The notes under the pieces were generated by a model. That model saw nothing but the letters and a program-made list of their open reading frames with translations. It was not told the origin of the DNA and did no database searches. This document shows positions 1 to 13,599 of a DNA stretch of 64,000 nucleotides, piece after piece. Position 1 is the stretch's first letter, and each line of letters opens with the position of its first letter. The stretch is taken from positions 32,180,001 through 32,244,000 of the forward strand of contig CM119372.1 in NCBI GenBank assembly GCA_051294905.1, in the 5' to 3' direction. The position numbers and the translations under genes were made by a program. The DNA is from Botryllus schlosseri. Taxonomy: Eukaryota.

Positions 1-7
1 CCTAAGT

Positions 8-1523
8 CAGAGCTCTCAAACACGCGGCCCGCGGGCCGCATGCGGCCCGCCAGAGCATTTCGGGGGCCCGCGACGACATTTTAGTTTTTATTAATTTGAC
101 AATATCCAAGTGTCACATATATTTTTTCTGGTTATAAAGTGAAAATTCCCTCTTAAATTGCTCCGAAAGCCTGAAACTATTCAATAAACTTCACTATCAA
201 ATCCATTTCAAACGCTACCATGCAGTGGAAGATTCACGATTACGCGACATTTCCAATTCATGATGACAAAACCTGACCCTTACACGATTCGTGACTGAAA
301 TTTGTGCGTTGGGCTTGGACGCGACCTTTTTTAGAATTACTCGGACTCGGGCTAACTCGATGGCAAAATTAAAATGACTCGAGTGGACTCGGAGTGACTC
401 GGAATGCCGTGAATTTGTAGGAACCATGGACGAAACAAACTAATCGCGTATCAAGGGAATAGTAATAGATCAGAAGGTCGCAGCATGGTATTTAACTAAC
501 TAAGCAAGTGGTTATGGCACCCATTGGCAATCTGTTAGTTAGGCTTACCATATTTTGGAAATGTAAAAAGAAGACACTTTTTCAGAAATTTCAGACATGC
601 AAAACTGGAGAAGAATTCTCAAAAACCGGTAAATTTTTCCCACTTCGTGATCGGTTGACTAAAAAAAGGTCATCACTTTCGCTCACAGCTAACGTTTTTC
701 TCTCCACATTGCCAGGTGGATGACTAAAAAAAAAAAAAAGGTCTTCTTTTCGCTCAAAGCTAAAATCACCGCTTTTCCCTCCGAAATACCCGCCGGAGCG
801 TCACTTCTCGGCTGACTTGCGGCATATCGCTCGCAATTTGATCTAAATCTGACCTAAATTTTCAAAAGAGAGGCCAAATCCTCTTAAAAGAGGACGTATG
901 GTAAGCCTACTCTTAGTTTCTTCCGTGGTCACTAAACCATGTTATTAAGGCCACTTGGCTGTTCGACGTTCCGACATGTCAATCACTAGGGCACGTTCAT
1001 TAATATATTTATATTATATTTATATTTTTTTCTGCTCCTATATTTGAAGATATTCGGCCATGAGATTTAGCCGACTTATCAGAAGTATACCTAAATCCTG
1101 GATTGGAATTGCAATGCTCAACTTGCAAATGTTTTGATATCAGATCAGTCTCTATTACCAATCTGTTGAATTCAAAATATTCACAATAGCTGCAAAATTA
1201 TAACCCGATAGCTTTTATGATGGCATCATACATTTGTCCGCCCATATGGTGTCTATCAAGTACAACAACAAATCCATTCAAATAGTTACAAATGTGATGA
1301 TTCTTTTCATGCCAGGCCTAAATTGATACAAGAGTAAATCACATTTTGACGACGTGTGTTTACTGTCAGTCTGCCGGATCGGCTCACGTTCAATAAGACA
1401 ATTCATTCCCGCCAAATAAGGCCTACTTGAAAAGACATAGAATACCCCTATAAACGCTGCGGCCCGCGGCGTCGTCAAAACTGAAAAACTGGCCCGCGAG
1501 CACATTTGAGTTTGAGACCTCTG
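8..1523. mobile_element. Non-autonomous hAT-type element (family A)
   Basis: Ends CAGAGCTCTCAAAC / GTTTGAGACCTCTG; TSD (A)CCTAAGT at 1-7 (cut by window edge) and 1524-1531; GCGGCCCGC subterminal motifs; related copy at 17808-20287. Confidence 0.85.
540..909. mobile_element. hAT-type MITE nested in family A element
   Basis: TIR TAGGCTTACCATA / TATGGTAAGCCTA; TSD CTGTTAGT / CTCTTAGT (1 mismatch). Confidence 0.8.
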
Positions 1524-2230
1524 ACCTAAGTTAATCCAGCCCGTGATCCGACCCAGCCTAACCCGGATCCAATTTGAAGCGACGACTTACACCTGAGTTT
1601 TGAAGCACCGAAGTTGCTCAGTATTTCTATTTCGTAACTAATTTTACATATCAAGTACTTGTAATTAGGGTTGCATTCAAAACAAACGATGTTAAAAACA
1701 TGTTTAAACAATGTTCTAAAAAAAAGCCTTTAAAAAATGTGTTTTTAAAAGTTGCAAAATTATGCCATAATTGTGTAAATACTTTACAAAAAACATGTTG
1801 TATGATCCTACGGACAATTACCACCCGATATAGCCGACGTATCGATATGGGATGGTTGGAACCAATGTTCCCTCTAATTTTTCACGAGTCTGCGCAAACA
1901 CGCCAACTCACTGCGCAGGCCATTGGACAGCACTGCGCAACCAGGCCCCCACAGGGTGATAAATCAAGCTTCTGGGGGGCTTCGCCCCCCAGACGCCCCT
2001 TTGGGCTAGACGCTTTTTGCCGATGCTAATCATCTAAATTGGTGTTCGTTTAGTGGGTGTGTCGCCTGATCGCGCGCAGCGCGACAATTTTTAATAATTC
2101 ATGATAGAGTCGGTATATTGCTATCAATTTTTATGCTCTATCCAGTGGCGTAGCAGCCACTTGGCGGCGGTTCTGGCTCTGCGCCAGGGGCGGCAGGCTC
2201 CAAAGGGGCGGCAAAATGAGGCTGCACAGT

Positions 2231-2490
2231 GAGAGATAGAAAGAGATAGGGTATTCTTTTTCGCCTGCACCATTGGGATGATTTGATGACGGAAATGCGA
2301 TACGGACTTTATGGTAAGGTCATCTAGTCAGCACCCCCGTTTTTTCTCATCCGTGATTGCTGAGCGCCTAGCAGCGGGATAACCGCGTGTACCAGTTTTC
2401 GAGTATTCGGTTTGACCCGGCCGGGTATCGAACCCACGCCCCACCGATCAAGAAGCCGGACGCATCACCATTACACTATCCCGCTCGGCC
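2231..2490 (-). mobile_element. tRNA-derived SINE (family S1)
   Basis: Minus-strand head with A-box-like TAGTGTAATGG and B-box GGTTCGATACC; body matches the copy at 33290-33542. Confidence 0.8.
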
Positions 2491-3167
2491 CGGTGTACAC
2501 AGCCGGCTAGAAGAAGCCTAATTGGTAGTCCTATAGCTGGCGTCCCGTGAGGTAAAATTTAATCAAACAGGTCTCAATCGAAAGCTAGTGTCGCGCTGAT
2601 TCCGAAAACACGAAGTAATATGTTAACATGGCGACGGAACCACTCCGAAATAGCCATCAAGGCCGATTGTTCGGAGAGTTCGCAGAAAAAGGAGAATGCC
2701 TGGCGAACAATCAGAGGATGCTGGCCTCAGTGTTGTTGACGAAGTTAGACGATGCATGTTTCAAGCTTTGGACAGATTTAAACTTGAAGCTGAAACTAGG
2801 TTTACTGGCATACACCACTTAAACGATATGTTTGGATTTTTGAATTCCCACGAGCTGCTGCACAGCGAAAGTCAGAATTTATTCACCAGCGCTTTTAGAA
2901 GCACTTATGACGACGAGGCGGACTTTTTGGAGTTACCTACGAAAATTGTCATGCCTTATACCTTCGAATTAGGGATCATATAAATCAGAAGATTGCTAGC
3001 TTTTCGTACAAACCAATATGAGGCCTCTAGGACGAACACAAATTAAAATATGATCATATGAAGTTGTTCAAGTTGAGATTTTAAAAGGGTTAAGAGGCTG
3101 GTGCGGAGCAGCGAAACCACGTTTGCTCGTAGTGCAACAGCGTTTGATGTTTTACAGTGGTTAGTTA

Positions 3168-3410
3168 ATGCAAAGCTACTTGATTCGAGACCATATGCTC
3201 GGCTCGTGTCTGAAACTTTATCTGGCCATTGGTCTTTCAATTGGGAGCTGTGTGAGGAGCTTCTCAAAGCTCAAACTGATTAAGTCTTATTTACGTTCTA
3301 CCACGAATAATGATCAACTATCAGCTCTATCCATTCTGTCTATAGAAAGAGACTACGTTCAAAAACTTGAATTTGAGGATATTATCGCTGATTTTGCTTT
3401 AAGGCGGCTA
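3168..3410 (+). pseudogene. hAT transposase C-terminal dimerisation domain relic
   Basis: KLYLAIGLSIGSCVRSFSKLKLIKSYLRST...LSALSILSIE resembles the hAT motif S.ERSFS.LK..K..LRST; upstream frames are broken. Confidence 0.85.
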
Positions 3411-5258
3411 TTGATTTTCTTTTTGCACAATACACTCATCTTTATTATTTTTGGCCTTATTAACGTTGAAACGGCGAGGCTGAGACGCGGCATATTATTT
3501 GTAATTATTTTTATTGACAAGATTGCTTGAACATGAATCTATGTCGAAATTTGCTGCGGTCTACTTAGGGGGAGGGCGGCATTTTAAGCGAGAGCCAGGG
3601 GCGGCAGCACATGCTGCTACGCCAGTGGCTCTATCTGCTCACGTAATCAGATTTACCGGTTTAGCTGATCGAGTCAGGTGCGTTGGAAAAGGTAGGACCC
3701 CTAAATAATAATTTACCGTCTTCGGGCGTACCTAGTTTTGTCCTCCGTTTTCACATGCTCCGAAGACCATTCCATGTTAAACGGATCGCATTTCTTAATA
3801 ATTTGGCTTGGTGAGGGTATGAGCATCAGAAACTACCCATTGGTTTTGCCTTCATTAAAAGCGATCAGTATAAACAGTGACAAGCAGAACTAGCGAGTAT
3901 TCTTTCAACGTTGGCCACACAGGCAAGCGGCTAGCCATACACATGAAGCGACACAAATGGACGCCTGTAACCGCAAGTACTATAGACGCCGAAACGTAAT
4001 TTTGTGCGACCATCTGTGACGTCACAATGAATCCGTGAGCATGGTGACATATATATTACTAGTAGACGAACGTACCAGAGGACGAGGACGCCCTTCAAAT
4101 CAATACATGCGATCGATGTAGGCCTATACCGCGTTAAAACACTGATGTGACGTCTTAATACCGGCATTGCACTCATTACCATCAGGACAAAATGATACGA
4201 ATATTCAAGTCTGACTGAAGCATGAACAATATTAGCGTATGACCTTATCGACAGAAGATTCCCGTTCAAACGAATCGAATAAAATCAAAATTTGTGCTTC
4301 TTAGAAGCTGATGTAATTCAACGCCCTGCAGTGCGCAGTTGAAGCAGTACCCGATCAACGTTTGCAAGGGGATGGATTTTTTCAACAATATTGGTGCTTG
4401 TACTTGCATATTCTGTATATTATCCTGTCTCACCATACTTGATCAGATTTGCATGATGCAAGTGATGACTTCGAAAATTCACGGCATGTAACTGTACAGT
4501 AAATCTTATGCAATGTTCATGCCACGCGGAGAATATTATTCGTAACTTTCTCGCAGACTAACTTCGAGCTAACCCATTGTTATTTATAACTTTGACAAAC
4601 CATGTTATTTCGCCATTCTCAGAAAAGATTGCGCTATTGAAATGATATCAGTATCGCTCACGCGTGCGAGACCATATACTAAAAGAAAAATCTCTTTCGT
4701 GCGGCACCCGTCATTGCAAATTATCATTTCTTCGCAGAGCGCAATATTTACCATTACGGGTCGCACTTATACCTCGGTTTCAGACTTCAGCGATAACACT
4801 ATTTGCCCCTGGCAATGTTCCCTCTGATTGTTCACGAGTCTACACGCTTGCCCGGTCATTTGTAGAACAGTGCGCTTCGTGTAAAAAAAATCGTCACTTC
4901 AGATTTTTTGTGCGCAGCTTAGATTTTCTGTGCGCAGGGACCGTTTCAGCACTGCGCATTAGCGCACGTGCGCAGCTTAGAGGGAACATTGGTTGGAAGC
5001 CTCAAAATAGTCTGTTCAACAGCAATAGTACGTATATTTCATCTAAGGAGCTATTTTCACCCTCTATTTTCATTTGTCAATGTGAATCCACTATGACGTT
5101 ACAATTGAATATTCGTCACGTCATGGCTTTACAAAAACATTAAAAAAAACAGAAAAACATGCTTTTATTGCGGGCCTAGTTTTAAACATGTTTATTTTAA
5201 ATTGATATTAGTTTTAACTGTAACCCCACTTGTAATTGAGTTGCTTTGTATTTTGCAG

Positions 5259-5390
5259 ATTTGATTATATCTCACCAGCTCCTGATTGGACCAACTGGTC
5301 CTCTGATCAACTCCGACATTTGGACATGGGATAGTGAAATAATAGTTAGAGGAGCCATTAACTCTTACTCCTTGGAATTCCTAGCGAAAA
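5259..5390 (+). CDS. Internal coding exon of an uncharacterised host gene (upstream exons outside window)
   Basis: Acceptor TTGTATTTTGCAG, donor GTGAGT, 132 nt, open frame DLIISHQ...EFLAK, phase 1/1, joins the exon at 6803 in frame (A|CC = Thr); unique sequence between transposons. Confidence 0.72.
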
Positions 5391-6124
5391 GTGAGTTTTA
5401 TACTTATAGGCGTCGAATTTGTATATATAGGCCCAGCGTGCATACACATAACGGTTGCCAAGATTCTGGACAATCACCCAATGCTGTATATCTAAACTAT
5501 GCATCATTGTATACTTTTATTTAGAATCAGGAAAACAGTTTTGAGGCATAGCAGAAGACAACTGCGCTAGGACCACCAATCCACCATTTTCATAATTTCG
5601 GCCACAAATTATTAGTTATACCGAACGAATGTATTTCACGACAAGAAAAGTTTTGTCGATCTGCTAATGCTCAACTCAACATATCATAGGTTTTCCATCA
5701 GAGACAGCGGTAGCGGGTAGAATGGCTCCGTACAACAGGAAACGACTTATATTGTGCTGATCACAACAACATGTCACATGTTAAGGGCGCATATTGTTGT
5801 TAAGAGATTTATTTGTGAAATTATCCGCCAATATCAATGATTCGCGGGTCCTAAGCTTCTAAAGTTCCTATAAGGAGTTCTTGACAAATAGAAAGCGAGT
5901 GGAAACCAATAATGTACCCTGGTCTAGTCCATGCATTTCCGTCATCGTGTGAGTGACGGTTGGGTCAGCAGATGGCAATAAAACTCATATTTTAGCCACG
6001 CTCCGAAAGTTACAGTACGAACCACTAACTTAAAATGTATACTGTATTAGTGTATAAACTGTATAACACTCTTATATTTCTATAGCATATTGAACACTTC
6101 ATGATTCCAGTCGTGTCGACTATG

Positions 6125-6686
6125 CGGAGTTATAACCAAGTCACAAGGCTCCGAGTCACAATCTCACTTTTTTAGTTTTGACTCGAGTCATGTCAAGTCA
6201 TTTTCAATTCACCACCGAGTCAAGTCCGAGTCTAAGTCAGCGAGTAGAGGGTCAAGTCCGATTCATGGTATTATGACTCGAGTCCGAGTCCAAGTCATTG
6301 TGTCAACTGATCCGTTTCCAGATAAAGTCTTAGTAAAACTCTGTTCGGAGATATCGAATGGTTCGCATTTATAATATACTAATTTTCCTCCGTTTTAAAA
6401 GTTTCTGATCGTATTTTCAAGTACCACTACCAATAGACGAAATCCCAATAGTGTGGTTCCGTTACTATTCTTCGAAATTACAATGAAGTGTCGGTCTTGG
6501 CCGTCTGAATCTCGAGTCATATGACTTGATTCGAGTCATGCGCAATGACTCGAGTCCAAGTTGAGTTAATACCCAGATTGACTCGAGTCGAGTCGATTCA
6601 TTTCCGTATTTTGAGTAAATGACTCGAGTCAAGTCGAGTCATCAGAAAATCGTGACTCGAGTCGGACTAGGGTCATTACAACCCTG
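6125..6686. mobile_element. hAT-type MITE with GACTC/GAGTC subterminal arrays (family C), intronic
   Basis: Perfect TSD CGACTATG; right end TTACAACCCTG; longer inverted relative at 45492-47529. Confidence 0.85.
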
Positions 6687-6802
6687 CGACTATGCTACTA
6701 TCACAATGACACCAGAACAGAATTCTTTACGGATAGCAATTCCATTTAAGTCAATGTCTACAACTGTGAACTAAATAAAAACAACCCATTATTTCAATTC
6801 AG

Positions 6803-7227
6803 CCCACGCCTTCCGCAGACCAGACGTATTCGACATCGTGAACCTTCTTCGCTCATTTTTCTGCCACCAATATCCGTGCGAGGCCGGATTCTGCGCCCTC
6901 GCCCGATTGCATACCTCGGAGACAGCTCATGACAGCCTTTACTCCCTGTGGGACGCTACAAACGGAAACTTCCAAAATGGAGAAAGCCCGATAACATCAT
7001 TACGGAATCATATTCCCGATAAAGAGCAGATAACTGAGGTTTTGCGATTCTGGTCGTTTATGATCGACTATTTGGAGAATGTCAATCGCCAAATTTCTGT
7101 GATGGCTGCGTTTCCATACCCGGAACAGCTTGCGATTGCCCTGAAATATTCCTCGTTGGTTACTTGTGTCTGTCAGAAGTCCTTCACGGGTCTGTTTTGC
7201 GAAATTCCTTCTTGTGTCACGTATTAA
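6803..7227 (+). CDS. Terminal coding exon; protein ends in an EGF-like cysteine pattern with a long insert
   Basis: Acceptor ATTTCAATTCAG, open frame to TAA at 7225-7227, CxCx5Gx2C (CVCQKSFTGLFC) EGF signature, downstream AATAAA signals, phase matches the 5259-5390 exon. Confidence 0.75.
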
Positions 7228-7348
7228 ATTTATCAGTAGCACTGCCTGAACAATAGACATAAGTGGATTTCATATCTTCAATTCCGAATCCCGCAATAAC
7301 TTTTATCATGCTCACATCCAAAACCAAATCCGATAATTGCCCGGATTC

Positions 7349-7385
7349 AATAAAGAATTTCTATTCTAATTCGTTTCAGAATAAA
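7349..7385 (+). promoter_or_regulatory. Candidate polyadenylation signals
   Basis: AATAAA at 7349-7354 and 7380-7385 (another at 7576-7581) downstream of the stop at 7227. Confidence 0.45.
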
Positions 7386-8624
7386 TCTTAAGTCCATTTC
7401 CGGCCACAATCCTTAAATCTAGTTCTTTCAAAATCAAATCCACACGTCCACGTTCGTCTTTGCTGTGCACGCAGGCCTATATCAACGGTATGTACTTGTA
7501 CAACGTGTACAGTGCAAATCATTTCTACTTTTTTTTCTCTTTGAATGTATGCATTACATATGTCGGGGCGAAATCAATAAAGGCTACGGCACCAACTGAA
7601 TAATTGTGTGGCTTAGTAAGCCTCTAGTATAGTGACGATGCAGGCCACACATTGGCTTGACGGGTTAATCTTAGCCCATTAGCCTGTAAATGCATATGAA
7701 CAAAAGAGGCATTGCATGCAAATTTTGTAATTTCATCTTCTTATTCAAATAACAATATGGAATAGTGCAACGGCTTCGGATTTGAGTTTTCAGAGGCTAT
7801 CTAGAGCTAATAACCTATTGATATCAAGATACGTAGGGTGCTCTACCAGTAGTCCGGATGACTATGAAAGAAAGTACTGAAAATCTTCAATTATTAGGCC
7901 TATAACACTAATATTTATGGGTATTTTCAGAGGTGGTCAAAGTAGTCAAGAAAGCTACTCAAGTAGAAGTAGAAGTAGCGACGAAAAAAATCTACTCAAG
8001 TACAAGTAGAAGTACTTTTTCCATGAGCAACCTAAAACTACTTGAAGTAGAAGTAGAATTGACTGACTTTAAAAGTACTCAAGTAAGTAAGTAGTTGTGA
8101 AAACGATCCTAATTCGTTCACATGGATTGTAAAAAGGTGCAAATTGAGCTATGCGAAAGGTGACGAGCTTGATTCATATTGATGCATATCAGCAGGTATC
8201 CAATTTTCGATATCACAAAGATAAGCATTCGTCCACATCATGGGATGAAAATGATAGTATTGATAAGGAAATGCGATACTAATCCTCTGTTTACTCAAAC
8301 AGCACGTTTTAGAAAATATCATGGTATTGCGCACTCCCCCATACTATAAGGCCTGTAGTTTAGTCGAAGAGCAATATGGAGATGGTGTGATGGATACGGT
8401 GTAAACACATTGTGCGATTAGTAAACGTTAATCAAAAATATGGTGGACCGTAAAAATGCTATATTGTGTCGCCAAAAGGAACATCTCTACACGCTGGGAA
8501 TCTTCCATTAGTGTTGTTTTGTCATTCGGCTGTTTTACTAGGGATAACTAACCTCCGTAGGTTAGTTATCTATAGTTTTACAACTGATTTTGTGTGTGCT
8601 GTACCGTAACCGTGCGCTGATTAC

Positions 8625-10541
8625 TAGAGATGGTGTTAACCACAGAAACGTTCAGGTTCGTGTGAACGTGAACGTAAACGTCATGACGTTACATGACGTC
8701 TTATTGCTAATTCCAGTCCTATCTTTCAGTGAATTGATAGCCTATATCAGTGGTCGGGAACCTTTTTTTATCCGAAGAGCCATAATGGCCCTATTTTTTC
8801 CATCTCAACTCCCAAAGAGCCATACATGCCAATCAACTGTTACGTCACAATTAAAAATTCATGACGTCATCGTAGCACCAATTCGAACTCACTACATGGG
8901 ATTCCTCGTGTGCGCCATATTTTCTCAGTAAAATCTAGTATTCATTGTTCGGAAATAAAGGTCAAAACGAGAGGTATAGAACAGACGGGCCAAGCCTCAC
9001 CCTTGGTAACGCAATTCATATGTAGCTTAGAATTTATTTCAACTGATATTAATCGAATGTGACTGTCATACTGATTACGAAAATCTATATACTTCTCAAA
9101 GTATTCGGCGGTAAGATAACGTTGCGCTACACGCCTTCATTTTATCGCCGGTACTACACAGAGCTATACTTACCGATCAAGAACGTGGATAGCTATGACG
9201 TTGTGTGTAATTCGAGTTTGTAATTGTCACATTCACAACAGTTCATTTCGCGACGTAGATCAGGAAGACGATGCGTATTTGAAAACTGCGTTTTGAAATG
9301 GGCGGCGCCGTGTCTGCTATGCTCTTCGATTAATCAACGTATCGCACAATTCGAGAGTTCGAGTCTGGTACATAGAATTCGCGAGTGATAGTGGCCGCCG
9401 GCGCGACAGTAACTTAAATTTGATGATTTTGAAGAGAGGGGGTCGGAGCCCCTAAACTTGAAGACAACATTGTCTTTACCTCTCAAAGACATGTTTGCTG
9501 CCACGAGAATAATTATTTTGGCCGTGATTAAAATTTACCAACTACTCGTTGCAATATTGTTCAATTCAATATAAAAATAAATATTTGGCAAAGAGCCATA
9601 TCTTATACCCAAAAGAGCCATCTATGGCTCGCGAGCTATATGTTCCCGATCACTGGCCTATATCAATGTACAGTACACTTGTACAGTGTACACTGTACAC
9701 TGTACAGTGTGTACGATACCTATAGCGACGACTCGGGCCACATAATGCCACAATGCTGAGGTAGCCTACATATTGGCGTTTTAAACGTCGCTAAATGTAT
9801 CAAGTGGGGCAATCAAAGGATATAATAATCCCATAAAATCAATATATTCCGTCGCTTAGCCAACAATTTCGACGACGACTTAACAGTGAATAGAAGCTTA
9901 CGCCTTAACGGTCTAGCGCAGACCGGACAATGTATTCGGCGTCTGAGTATTGCTACATTGATATTAGGCGGAGTGTAAAACGGGTTTCTATACTTGCTAC
10001 TGATTTTACTCCATTAACAAGTTATACAGCAGTAGCCAACACATCAATCGTACGGATTTGGTTTTAATGATTCAGTGAACCTATGAAGTCAAGATTGACC
10101 CCGAACACCTGCTAGATTTTTTTACATCAGAAAACGATATCAATCTCATTGAGTGTTCGAGTAAGCATCATTGCTGACTACGCATTTCGCTCGTGATGTT
10201 GTGTGATTGCGGGTCAAGCTCACAGCAGAGAGTCACAAACGGTAATCAAGCTGGATATTTCGAGCAAACTTTTGTGACAAAGCAAGTAAAACTTTTGAGA
10301 TTGTCAAGGTGCATGCTCGTTTACTGTAGATTGTTATACTGCTAGCGCCATAAATAGAGTAGCCCGCAGTTGAAATGCAATAAAATTGAACGGAAGATGT
10401 CATAATGAAGTGAAAATTGTAATATATGAAAAAGGTTCATAGTGCAGAACCTACCAAGGTTCCGTTGTGAGCGTGAACCTCTAAACATCCGAGGTTCACA
10501 CACAGGACGCGAACGTGAACCTCACGTTCACGCCATCCCTA
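8625..10541. mobile_element. hAT-type element with GTGAAC/GTTCAC repeats, nested in family D
   Basis: Ends TAGAGATGGTGTTAAC / GTTCACGCCATCCCTA; TSD CTGATTAC / CTGGTTAC. Confidence 0.8.
8748..9655. mobile_element. hAT-type MITE with AAGAGCCA repeats (family E), third nesting level
   Basis: TIR CAGTGGTCGGGAAC / GTTCCCGATCACTG; perfect TSD GCCTATAT. Confidence 0.88.
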
Positions 10542-13500
10542 CTGGTTACTGTCGTTCGCGACTCTGTGTACTTGTCATTATCATGTCACAACGACAAAAT
10601 TCTTTCTATATTTCGAACTTTGTTAACCTCATTTACTGGCGTTCACTGCTGAAGGGAGCAAGTCGAAAAGCTTCCAGTGGAATAAATTTGGCAATGTGAA
10701 CGTATTGTTTGCTGCAAGCTTTATTTCTATAAATTGAAGGCATTACTACACTTGCTTTTATGCTTCAACATGTATGTTATCCAGACAAAACAACTGATAT
10801 TAATTAGAAATCAAAATATATGGCACTGAGAATTGCAAAGTGAAATCTAAATCTAAAAACGGAACATGTATTTAATGTCTTTAGTCCAGAACGTTTCGAA
10901 GGTTGGTATGCTGAAACAGCTCTAAAACTAAAGAAAAGTCAAAGTCCACTTTTCCAGATTAGGACATGCCTTGGACAGCTAGATTACGATATGATAAGTA
11001 AATGCTAGATTGCAAAACATCAGTTTATAACATTTTGATAAGCCATATATACTGTGATGAAATATTTGATATGGCGAAGGGCGACAATGCGGTGTGAACG
11101 GAACCACGCCCACCCGCTACCTAAATTATATTCGTGGAATCATAATGGATACTCAGCATTCACTGCGCGCGAAGCGCGAACAAAATTCTCGGCTTAACTC
11201 AACTTTTATGTAAATTAAATGTCGATACTCCGTGAAAACAGCACCGAAATTACACAAGCTATCTTCCTGATTGGAGGATTAAACTACTTCTACTTGACAA
11301 ACTGAAAATAGCGAAAAGTAAGTAAGTAGATCACAAAAAATTATGAAGTAGAAGTAGAAGTAGTGAAATTCAGATCTACTTGAGTAAGTACCAGAAGTAG
11401 AGGAAGACTACTTGAGTACTTCGAAAAAGTAGAAGTACTTCGTTACTGACCACCTCTGGGTATTTTCAATCGATGTTCATGAAAAACTGAATTTAAAACA
11501 TTTTTACATCCAATACCACCGATTTGTAACAAAATATAGCTCGAAATGAGATGTGAAACGCAGAGAAACAATGAACAGATGAGGCACATACGATTCGGCC
11601 GCGTCATTTGTCGGCTAACAAACCACCGAAAATTACACCACAATGCCCTGTCGCAGACCTAGGAAGCAAAGTGTGGCCCGCAGACCAAATGCGGCCCACG
11701 AAATGTTGCTTGGAATTCAAAACACAAAACCTACTGTGTAATGTTACTGCATTGACCAAAACCACAGGCTGCATAAACTGAACCGAAAATTCGTTTACTT
11801 TCAAACCCGTTCAGTGTCCATTAATATGATGCGATTACGCAGCCTACGTACCTCGCATGCGTAATTCATATTCAAAATTACGTCAATGCAGCAAATTATG
11901 CCGTAACAATTCAAGTCACAACAAGTCAACAAACCTTTGTTTCCATTGGCACCTTGCGCATTACACGATCTGTGCTTCAAATGGTTACGTGATACGTTTC
12001 CATATCCCTAATTCGCAAAAAAGTCAATCAATGTCCGTGATTACTATGAGTCATCATCACCTACAACAGTGGTTCCCAACCTTTTTCGGCTCATCGCCCC
12101 CTTTTCAATCTCCACACCGATCATCGCCCCCCAAATTTTGTGAACCGGATAACGAGCATACGAACTGTAATGGCCGGTTGGTTGACTAAAAAAAAAGGTC
12201 AACTTTCCGGCTCGATGTCGAACTTTTACAATTTTGCAGCTAAATTTTCATGGGTTGACTAAAAAAAAAGATCATTTCTTCGAATTGGATCCAATTACGC
12301 AGTTTTAATGCGCCATCGCCCCCTACCGCCCCCTTCGCTATTTTCGCCCCCTGTCGTCCCCTTTGTCCATTTTCTCCCCCCCTATCGCCCCCTTGGTCAT
12401 TTTCGCCCATAGTAGTCGACAAACACCATGAATACTACACAAACAAACCTACAACGGATGAACGGGCATGTCAAAAAAAGAAAGCCGAATGGTGAAATTA
12501 AAAAAAAAAGGTTAGGAGCAATGAGTTTACTGGAGTCAGGGTTAAACCCGTCTTTTTAGCAGTTAGTGCGGAGCAGGTCGTGGTATTTACGGAGTATAGT
12601 TAAACTCGGTCGTATGACAAAAACTCGAAGATATACACTTAGTTAAGGGTGATTGAATTTCAGAAGAGCAGTAAGCTTCGCTTAACAACAAGGCTATTTC
12701 GCCAAAGCTATGTAATGCTCGGAAGGCTGCGGCCAAGACATTAAGCTTTGTAGTAAACCAAATACATTTTAATGTCTTGATGGAAAAACGCGGATAAGAG
12801 GTTTAAAAGAGTTCAAAATGTATCAATTTTAAGATTGTTTCGAAATATCACGGCCAATAAATATTATTTTCGGTAATTAACCGTCACTTTCTCATTCCCT
12901 AATATCAACACATCCACTGCCTAACAGCGTAATTCACTGTGGCGTCCAATTTAGAAAGCAAATTAGTACGCTGGAGAGTATAGCTATTTTTTTTGACTTG
13001 GCCCGTCAACGTATTTCCGCTTCTCATTTGGCCCGCGAAGAAAAATAATTGTCCACCCCTACCCAATCTAATTCGCCAACCGACGGCGCAGTAAGTATCG
13101 TCCGACGGCGAACATGCAGTACAGAGCTTATATACCAGTGGTTGTCAACCCTTTTGTCTTCGCGGACCCCTTTCGGACCGCCACGGACCCCCTCTAGTTT
13201 TCGTTCTAAATTATCTCAATTATCGTGCAACCGTTATCTGTCTCGTGCAAATATTGATAGTCGGCTAGTGATAAACAGCCACAAAATGACTTTTCTCGAA
13301 AATAACATTACAATATATGTAGAAATTGGGTGGACTTTTATTATCTCGAAAATAATTTTGCAGCTGTATTTATTGTCTTGAAAATGCGCGTCTTTGATGG
13401 GATATGAACGAGCGCCGGAAATCCATTTCCACAAACATATATTGGTGGCAAATGTAATATTAACGCGTAACGCTTCCGACTACAGCTTTTGGTGTGTGTT

Positions 13501-13599
13501 TTTAATGAACATATCACGTCCAGCCAGGTAATTTCTATATATGTTCATTATAAACACACATATAACCACTAACCATCTTGAAGTTATTTAGTGGTTATA

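Larger units (their letters stand above)
2143..3627 (+). mobile_element. Internally deleted hAT transposon with transposase relic
   Basis: TIR CAGTGGCGTAGCAGC / GCTGCTACGCCAGTG; perfect TSD GCTCTATC. Confidence 0.88.
1863..4991. mobile_element. hAT-type non-autonomous element nested in family B
   Basis: TIR CAATGTTCCCTCTAA / TTAGAGGGAACATTG; TSD GTTGGAAC / GTTGGAAG; TGCGCA subterminal repeats; the 16741 copy is uninterrupted at this site. Confidence 0.85.
1666..5228. mobile_element. hAT-type MITE (family B), expanded by nested insertions
   Basis: TSD CTTGTAAT at 1658-1665 and 5229-5236; uninterrupted ~420-bp relative at 16741-17163. Confidence 0.85.
7928..11458. mobile_element. hAT-type element with AGTAGA/AAGTA subterminal arrays (family D)
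   Basis: TIR CAGAGGTGGTCA / TGACCACCTCTG; perfect TSD GGTATTTT; second copy at 41704-42967. Confidence 0.9.
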
